Assembly: GCF_022701215.1 (NCBI RefSeq)
Contig: NZ_CP089976.1
Span: 1,290,001 to 1,322,000, forward strand
From: Moraxella nasovis
GTDB lineage: Bacteria; Pseudomonadota; Gammaproteobacteria; Pseudomonadales; Moraxellaceae
Direction: 5' to 3'
Length of the DNA: 32,000 nt
Shown one piece after another: positions 21,831 through 27,971 of the stretch; positions within the stretch are counted from its first letter, which is position 1; every line of letters starts with the position of its first letter. Both the position numbers and the translations under genes were made by a program. Under the pieces are notes generated by a model that was given only the letters and a program-made list of their open reading frames with translations, had not been told where the DNA came from and searched no databases.

Positions 21831-21860
21831 TTCTCAGGTTGCGATTGGAAAATAATATAT

Positions 21861-22553
21861 TCAATGACTTGCACCACTATCACTAGCCTGGTCGATTGGA
21901 CTAAATATATTTTTCACGCCATAGTTCTCCATATGCAATATTATATCAATAATCAAATCTCTATCAATGTTGATCTTGTTAAAATTTAACCATTGTAATT
22001 CTATTTTGGAAAAATCTATATGCTTATAATAACCCCCTGAAATAATATCAAAAAACCCATCTAAATCAGAACCCAGATAACCACCAACCCCCAAAAAGGC
22101 CTCACTTAATGAACATAAAAAATCCCATTGATTATTTATATATTGACAATCTACAACAATACTCTTTTGGAGTGGAATATCTTTATTCAAGGAATAAAGA
22201 TAGGAAAATCTGAGCCATTTTTGCTTATATGCATTAGACATGTATACCCAATGGAGTTTGTTAATATTACTATTAATAATGTTTTTTATCCAGAGTATCT
22301 CAAGCCAAGTGAACTCATCTTGGAAACTATAATCGGTAATATAAAAGCAATTATTATTAAAATAATAATCATAAATAAATAGTGAGAAATAACTAACACT
22401 ACCAACGATTTCAAGTTTATAAAAATCACTGTTTAAGTAATCAATATTAACTGTAGTTTTTTCAATTTCTATTAATAGTGTGTTGCCATTAATTTGTATG
22501 TTTCTGATAGGAGTTTTAAATTCAGATTTATTACTAAGTAATTTTAAGTACAT
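21861..22553 (-). CDS. cdiI: Orphan CdiI-3 immunity protein with C-terminal barstar-like domain
   Basis: 230 aa, starting 2 nt after the CT3 stop. 'GYLGSDLDGFFDIISG' aligns with the barstar signature 'YYGENLDALWDCLTG' (Y29, D35 and D39 equivalents conserved). I do not recognise the first ~135 aa. Very AT-rich. Confidence 0.7.
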   Translation of the reverse strand: MYLKLLSNKSEFKTPIRNIQINGNTLLIEIEKTTVNIDYLNSDFYKLEIVGSVSYFSLFIYDYYFNNNCFYITDYSFQDEFTWLEILWIKNIINSNINKLHWVYMSNAYKQKWLRFSYLYSLNKDIPLQKSIVVDCQYINNQWDFLCSLSEAFLGVGGYLGSDLDGFFDIISGGYYKHIDFSKIELQWLNFNKINIDRDLIIDIILHMENYGVKNIFSPIDQASDSGASH

Positions 22554-22555
22554 AT

Positions 22556-23637
22556 CTATCTCACTGGTTTGGTCAACACTCCACCATCAGGATACCAAGG
22601 AGCAGGGAAAGGTCGTATATTATTGTAGTTATGATCAATAACATATCCCATCCTTCCATTGGGCATTTTTAATATTCTATGATGCCTACCCTCAGAGTTT
22701 GGAACCAACCATTCAGTTGCACCTTTCCAATTTGGATTCTCCCTTCCTTGATAAATTTTTTGTATGCCATTTCTATCAAGATTAGGAGTTCCTTTACCAG
22801 ATATCACATCCTCATATGCAGACCTTAAACCTTTTATATGAATCGGGTTTGGTGATGATAATTTTGGAGAGCTTGCATTATTTGATTTCGCAGTTGTAGC
22901 GTGCCCAGTGGTTTTAACACTTGCGTGATTACCACCCCTAACCGACTGTCTCGAAACCGCATTATAAGCTTCTACAGCAGAACCTGCAATTTGATGACCT
23001 GCAACAGTTACAGCAGCCATTGCTCCATGAGTATAAGTAATAAGCGAGCTTTCCAATTGATATAAATACTCAGGAGTACCCGCATATTCAATCATATACC
23101 GATATTTTTGAGATCTCAAATGATTACGACAGGCATTATCTTTACACTGGCGATTATAATGCTCAATAATTTTTGTAACGCCTTTTTCCCACTCGGCTAT
23201 TTCTTGAGAAGTCATGCCAGCATGTTCATAGCTGATATATTTCCATTGATGTATGATTGAATTACAAGCCGCAGAAGGTTCAGGGGAGCAAAATTTAGTG
23301 TATTGTAGGTGAAAGCTTTCTATGTCAACAGGTTTTAATAAAGCATTATTCTCCACCGCCTCCCCGGCACTGCCTACTGCCGTATCCACATCAAACCCAT
23401 ACAGCAGAGCTACAGAGCCTGCGGTGAGGCGGGCGGTGTTTAGGATTTTGTTGTATTCATCAGATCCTGGGCTGATTTCTCCTGAGTTGATTTTATCTTG
23501 GATGTCATCATCAATCATCCAATCACCCACCATCTCACCGATGATAGCACCGACAGCCGCCGCCTCGCAAGACTGGTCTTTGGCTTTGGCGGAGAGGCAG
23601 CCTGTTAAGCCTGCGGCAAGTTTGTGAGAGAGGTTGT
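22556..23637 (-). CDS. cdiA: Orphan cdiA-CT fragment 3: pre-toxin/VENN stub + barnase-like RNase toxin
   Basis: The frame is open from just after a TAG at ~23638-23640 and there is no credible start. 'HKLAAGLTGCLSAKAKDQSCEAAAVGAIIGEMVGDWM' is shared with the main cdiA. VENN is at 23345-23356. The C-terminus 'ATEWLVPNSEGRHHRILKMPNGRMGYVIDHNY' aligns with barnase E73, R83, R87 and D101-H102. Confidence 0.8.
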
Positions 23638-23661
23638 TGGTATTTACCTAAGAAACTAGCA

Positions 23662-23719
23662 AATTCAAAGATTGGCGATAAAAATGCTAGGTTTCACTTC
23701 CTCAACTCAGCCTACGAGC
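23662..23719. repeat. Cassette-junction element, copy 2 (diverged; downstream of cdiI-2)
   Basis: AATTCAAAGA-N9-AAATGCTAGGTTTCACTTCCTCAACTCAGCCTACGAGC. It is colinear with copies 1 and 3, but the inverted repeat is degraded. It lies 18 bp beyond the cdiI-2 stop. Confidence 0.65.
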
Positions 23720-23737
23720 TATTTTGTCTTGGTTGAT

Positions 23738-24058
23738 TTAGTAAAAAATCTCTCTAATTCTGTCTACTTCAACATCTTGACGATAGATGTCTAAAATGAT
23801 ATTTTTTTGATCTTCTGTATAAAATTTTTCATTGGTATTTGCTTGATTTTTTAATGCAAACAATATATTTAAAATTTCATAATCAAAAGAATGCATATTT
23901 ATTATGTAAGGCACATACAATTTTAAAATATCGAATGACTGTTGAGGATTTAATATTTTTATGTTTTTATCTATAAAGTCACACAAATACCACTCATCAA
24001 CAATATTGTTATTTTTAACATCTTTTAGCAAATTATCAAGATTTTTGAAAAAACTCAT
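23738..24058 (-). CDS. cdiI: Orphan CdiI-2 immunity protein (family not recognised)
   Basis: 106-aa soluble protein with no TM segments. It starts 4 nt after the CT2 stop and is very AT-rich. The call rests on position. Confidence 0.6.
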   Translation of the reverse strand: MSFFKNLDNLLKDVKNNNIVDEWYLCDFIDKNIKILNPQQSFDILKLYVPYIINMHSFDYEILNILFALKNQANTNEKFYTEDQKNIILDIYRQDVEVDRIREIFY

Positions 24059-24062
24059 ATTC

Positions 24063-26915
24063 TTAATCCTTAAACTTAAAATCTATTTTTAGACCAGTAT
24101 TAACATTTTCGACGTAATGTATTTCTACACCATTAACATTCTGGGCTTTTTTGACCCATCCATCTTTGGCATATAAACCATTTTTTGCGTCTGACATTTT
24201 GATAGGTAACTTTCTACCCTTTGGATTGCCCCTCACCTCCTCCATTGCTAATTGCTCAGTCAAATTTCTAGGCGTAGTTCTTCCTGTTGATATTAAAGAG
24301 TAGTCAATCATTTTGACTTGAGATGTTGGTTTTCCTACCTCTATATCTCCAACTTTGCTAGATGTTTTTGGCAAAATTCTATTAACTTTAGTGATTTTTC
24401 CAACGGGTATAATTTCAACAACATGGGTTGGAACGACCATCATATTGATGGCATATACAACAGCTGCGACTGATTTGCGCACCTTTTGCATTTCAGTATC
24501 AGTGGCTTGATTTGCCCAGGTTGCTAAAGAATTATCAAGATTATCCAAATATCTTTGAGTAAGTTCTATATTGCCTTTACTGTACGCATCTTGCATTAAC
24601 TCCAGCAGGTTTCGTTCTTGCGGTCTAATATCTACACTACTCTTTGCTTTTTCAAACTCTCTGACTAGCTCTCCAATCTCTCCTGGTGCTAGACCCACAA
24701 TGCTATTATTCTCCACCGCCACCCCAGCTTCATTCGCTGCGGTATCCACATCAAAATCATAGAGTAGGGCGAAGCTGCCTGCGGCAAGTTTGGCGGTGTT
24801 TAGGATTTTATTATAATCTGGTGTGCCTGGGCTGATGTCTCCTGAGTTGATTTTAGCTTGGATGTCATCATCAATCATCCAATCACCCACCATTTCACCG
24901 ATGATAGCACCGATGGCGGCAGATTCGCAAGATTCGTCTTTTGCTTTGGCGGAGAGGCAGCCTGTTAAGCCTGCGGCAAGTTTATGAGCGACATTAGTGA
25001 TAAACTCTGTATCATTGAAGTCCAGTGGTTTAACACCATGAGTATAAATACCAGCTGCTGCGGCATCCACCAGTTGATTGGTCAGATGTCTTTTTAGGGA
25101 CTCTTCTAGGCTTTCGCCATAGATTAAGCTATCCGTCAGAGCATGACCTGCACCTTGTACAAAGGCACGAGTGAATTTATCACCGATGGTGGCAGTGGTC
25201 GAGGTATCTACTTGCAGAGTCTGAGCTAAGAATTTGTCCAGACTGGCAGTTGCCCCAGCTGTCAGCACGGCTCTTGCCATGTTTTTGGCAGTTTGTGATT
25301 TACCTAGGTCTTTGAGTGTTTTATTGACATCGCCTTTGTTATTGACTAGGGTGGTACCTGCTTGGGTGACTAAGGAGGTGAAGGCAGCATTTGCCATTGC
25401 TGCTGTCGCAGAACCTGCTGTGACAGATACGCCCATCGAGCTTAGCACAGACACACCGCCACCAGCCGTTGCCATCGATAAAGCAATCGCCAGTAGCGCT
25501 GCTCCTGCTGGGGAGAGTCCTTCTTGTTTGTAATCCCATTCTTCCTGGGCAAGTCTGATGGCGGTGAAATCCACATCATCACGCTGGATGATGTCACTTA
25601 GGTAGTCAAAGCCTGGGTTGTGGCTTAGTCGTGTCAGGACATTGACCAGATGATCTTTATCGGCTAGGTCATCTTTGTTGATGGGTACTTGTACAGCCAG
25701 ACCGCCTGTGGCATTGAGAGTGGGGGTAACGCCAATGAATGAGGGTAGCTTGGCATCTTCATTGATATAACCCGACTCTGAAATGGACTGCCAGACTAGG
25801 TTTTCAAATTGGCGAGATTGACTGACGCTGACGGTTGTGCTGATGGTGTCTAGGATGATCCTAGCATCAGCCACTGCTTTATCACCCACACCCGCCGTGA
25901 CGCTCGCCCCTTGTAGATTGGCAAAGCGAGTGCCTTGTAGCTGGGTATTGCCTCCTGACTCACTTTGACTATAGTTAGCAATCAGGCTGGTTGGCAGCTC
26001 GCTGATGATTTGCTTGCTGTCTTTGGTATTGACTTTTCTATATTTGATGCCAGCAAAGCTAGAAGTCGTTTTAGACTCCACTTCTTTGACATCCACTTCC
26101 TGTACAGCATAAAGACCCAAAGCTTCGCCAGCCTTAAGCTGAATTTGACCTGCTGGTGCATTAAATTCAGTAGCATAGGCATATAGATTATCATTCGCCT
26201 GCACTGAGATGGCATTGGCGTTTAGCTTGACTGCCTCGCTATCGGCGATTTGCTCTGTGGTAGTTGTGACAGTAATTTTCTTTTTGGCACCACCCCAGCT
26301 TTTTTTCTTGAAAGTGTTGGTTTCTCTATCATAGATACTGTCTTGACCAGCTTGTAGAATGGTACTGCCAGCACTTTGGATGGTAATGCCAGCATCGCCT
26401 GCTTGATAAGTGCCGCCTATCAGTAAGATGTTACTGTCTGATGCTGGCTGTGCCGAAACAGTGCCTGCTTGGGGATTGCTAATGGCTTGGATGACAATAC
26501 CATCTTTGGCCGTGATGGTGCTTGGCTGATAATTTTTATGCAATGCATAAGCATCATCTTCAAATTCACCACGCTCATAGACATCGTGCAAACCCTCAAT
26601 GCTAATAGCAATATCGATGTTTTGGACAGGTGGTATTTGTGACAATAACCGCTTAAACCCCGTCAATTTATCAGTGTCACCACCTAAGGCGGCTGCATAG
26701 GTGCTTTTGAGCTTGGCTTTATGCTCGTCAAGTTTGGTATCGCTATCAAAAGCAGCCTCATCAAAGACAAGCTTGTCAATGATGGCGTTGGCTGTTTGTG
26801 TATCTGTATTGTCAGTTTTCTTGCCAAGTAGCGGAAAAGGCATTGAAGCCACCGCCAGCCGTAATGTTAGCCGCTTTAAATCAAAAAGCAACAAAAAGCA
26901 GTGGAAAATCCACAA
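24063..26915 (-). CDS. cdiA: 5'-truncated orphan cdiA copy (duplicated cdiA body + PT-VENN + CT2 toxin)
   Basis: 950-aa ORF. Residues from 'PLLGKKTDNTD' to 'LSAKAKD' are identical to the main CdiA. VENN is at 24705-24716. CT2 (213 aa) differs from CT1 and CT3. The first 26 codons (26837-26915, TTG 'start', no RBS) are unrelated sequence. There is no signal or TPS domain, so it cannot be an independent secreted CdiA. Confidence 0.85.
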   Translation of the reverse strand: MWIFHCFLLLFDLKRLTLRLAVASMPFPLLGKKTDNTDTQTANAIIDKLVFDEAAFDSDTKLDEHKAKLKSTYAAALGGDTDKLTGFKRLLSQIPPVQNIDIAISIEGLHDVYERGEFEDDAYALHKNYQPSTITAKDGIVIQAISNPQAGTVSAQPASDSNILLIGGTYQAGDAGITIQSAGSTILQAGQDSIYDRETNTFKKKSWGGAKKKITVTTTTEQIADSEAVKLNANAISVQANDNLYAYATEFNAPAGQIQLKAGEALGLYAVQEVDVKEVESKTTSSFAGIKYRKVNTKDSKQIISELPTSLIANYSQSESGGNTQLQGTRFANLQGASVTAGVGDKAVADARIILDTISTTVSVSQSRQFENLVWQSISESGYINEDAKLPSFIGVTPTLNATGGLAVQVPINKDDLADKDHLVNVLTRLSHNPGFDYLSDIIQRDDVDFTAIRLAQEEWDYKQEGLSPAGAALLAIALSMATAGGGVSVLSSMGVSVTAGSATAAMANAAFTSLVTQAGTTLVNNKGDVNKTLKDLGKSQTAKNMARAVLTAGATASLDKFLAQTLQVDTSTTATIGDKFTRAFVQGAGHALTDSLIYGESLEESLKRHLTNQLVDAAAAGIYTHGVKPLDFNDTEFITNVAHKLAAGLTGCLSAKAKDESCESAAIGAIIGEMVGDWMIDDDIQAKINSGDISPGTPDYNKILNTAKLAAGSFALLYDFDVDTAANEAGVAVENNSIVGLAPGEIGELVREFEKAKSSVDIRPQERNLLELMQDAYSKGNIELTQRYLDNLDNSLATWANQATDTEMQKVRKSVAAVVYAINMMVVPTHVVEIIPVGKITKVNRILPKTSSKVGDIEVGKPTSQVKMIDYSLISTGRTTPRNLTEQLAMEEVRGNPKGRKLPIKMSDAKNGLYAKDGWVKKAQNVNGVEIHYVENVNTGLKIDFKFKD
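24943..26836. repeat. 1.9-kb direct repeat, copy A
   Basis: Matches 29049-30942 at a constant offset of 4106 bp. Every line I compared is identical except 25032 (A) versus 29138 (G). Confidence 0.9.
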
Positions 26916-27099
26916 GGGTAGCCGTGATGGTAAGCCCTACAAGCCAAAGCCACCAACACCCAAGTCTAAAGCACAGCTTGAGAACATGAACAAAGAAACC
27001 ATGAAAGCGTATGAGCAATACGCCAAAAAACTGCCAGCTGGTACGGTCAAAAATGCCGTTAAAGAACTGGTTAATCACAACCAAGATAAGGGGCGATGA
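26836..27099 (+). pseudogene. 3' remnant of an unidentified + strand gene (Lys/Pro-rich C-terminus)
   Basis: Protein-like translation on the + strand, 'GIEATASRNVSRFKSKSNKKQWKIHKGSRDGKPYKPKPPTPKSKAQLENMNKETMKAYEQYAKKLPAGTVKNAVKELVNHNQDKGR*'. It begins exactly at the repeat breakpoint. The upstream part of ORF 26701..27099 is merely antisense to cdiA. Confidence 0.3.
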
Positions 27100-27171
27100 T
27101 GAGGTAGTCATCCTGTGAGGGCGGTAGCAAGATTGCAATAGAGATCGTTAGGCTTTCTTGAAATACCTGAA

Positions 27172-27228
27172 AATTCAATAGTTATCTCAAAATGCTGGGT
27201 TACGCTATCGCTAACCCAGCCTATGGGC
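27172..27228. repeat. Cassette-junction element, copy 1 (downstream of cdiI-1)
   Basis: AATTCAATAG-N7-AAAATGCTGGGTTACGCTATCGCTAACCCAGCCTATGGGC, with the same 9-bp inverted repeat as copy 3. It ends 2 nt from the cdiI-1 stop codon. Confidence 0.8.
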
Positions 27229-27230
27229 TA

Positions 27231-27971
27231 TTATGCAAACAATATAAACAATACAAATATAACACACCCACAAATAAACAATAATAATTTTATATATTTT
27301 CTGAGCACAGGATGTACAAAATTATTATTTTTACCTTTTATATTATTTTTATAAAACAAAAACATCAACATTGCCAATATGTATGATGCAAAGTTTAATA
27401 AGTATTGATACCTACTTTGATGAGTGGCTTTAAGTTCTATATTTAGATAATCAAGTGTATATTCCAAGATGAACAAGAGGGTTATTGCGACAAAACAGTA
27501 AAAAATTCTTTTACAATCATTTAAATATTTTCCCAAGTAGCCTACAAAAAATGGGAAAAGTACAATCGGTATTAAAGAATGAAACAAATTGCCTACAATA
27601 AAACCTCTAGAAAATTCATAGAATTGCTTGCCATGTGATAGGTCATAAAAAATAAATTTTCTAGAGAAAAAAAGTATCGTCAAAAATAATATAAAAACTA
27701 GATTGAGTTTTATTTGAATAATAAAATCAATTGTAATTGCAGAACATACAAATACCAAAAAGAAACCAAGAAATATCAAAGCATATCGATGCTCTTCAAA
27801 ATAGCTTGGAAAAATAACAATATTGATAACAAAGATTAGCCATGAAAATAAAAATACAATGGCTGTGCTGACAAAATATCCGCCAAAATCTTTTGAACAA
27901 TGTAGCAGTTTATTGCCCAAATGAGACAATTTGGTATCTAAAACTTCTCCATCTCTCGTACTCATCGGCAT
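27231..27971 (-). CDS. cdiI: CdiI-1: polytopic (~7 TM) membrane immunity protein
   Basis: 246 aa. The ATG at 27971 overlaps the cdiA stop by 10 nt (ATGCCGATGA; a second ATG forms an ATGA overlap). I read about seven hydrophobic helices by eye. Extremely AT-rich. The call rests on position and coupling. Confidence 0.65.
   Translation of the reverse strand: MPMSTRDGEVLDTKLSHLGNKLLHCSKDFGGYFVSTAIVFLFSWLIFVINIVIFPSYFEEHRYALIFLGFFLVFVCSAITIDFIIQIKLNLVFILFLTILFFSRKFIFYDLSHGKQFYEFSRGFIVGNLFHSLIPIVLFPFFVGYLGKYLNDCKRIFYCFVAITLLFILEYTLDYLNIELKATHQSRYQYLLNFASYILAMLMFLFYKNNIKGKNNNFVHPVLRKYIKLLLFICGCVIFVLFILFA

Noticed and set aside
22128-22382. 84-aa + strand ORF inside cdiI-3
   Set aside because: It is an antisense ORF in ~20% G+C DNA, where stop-free Ile/Asn/Lys-rich frames arise by chance.
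26837-26915. TTG at 26915 as a genuine start for an independently expressed 950-aa CdiA-like protein
   Set aside because: There is no RBS. The first 26 codons are unrelated filler. The product would lack a signal peptide and TPS domain and so could not be exported by CdiB.
26701-27138. 132-aa + ORF (26701..27099) as an intact gene, and the 85-aa - ORF (26881..27138)
   Set aside because: The first 45 codons of the + ORF are antisense to the cdiA repeat, so only the part after 26836 looks like real (remnant) coding sequence. The - ORF has a junk-like Trp/Phe/Leu-rich translation.
21772-27228. The three junction elements as a CRISPR array, tRNA fragments or an att site
   Set aside because: The copies are 1.9-3.5 kb apart and separated by genes, so they are not a CRISPR array. 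There is no cloverleaf potential and no adjacent integrase in the window.
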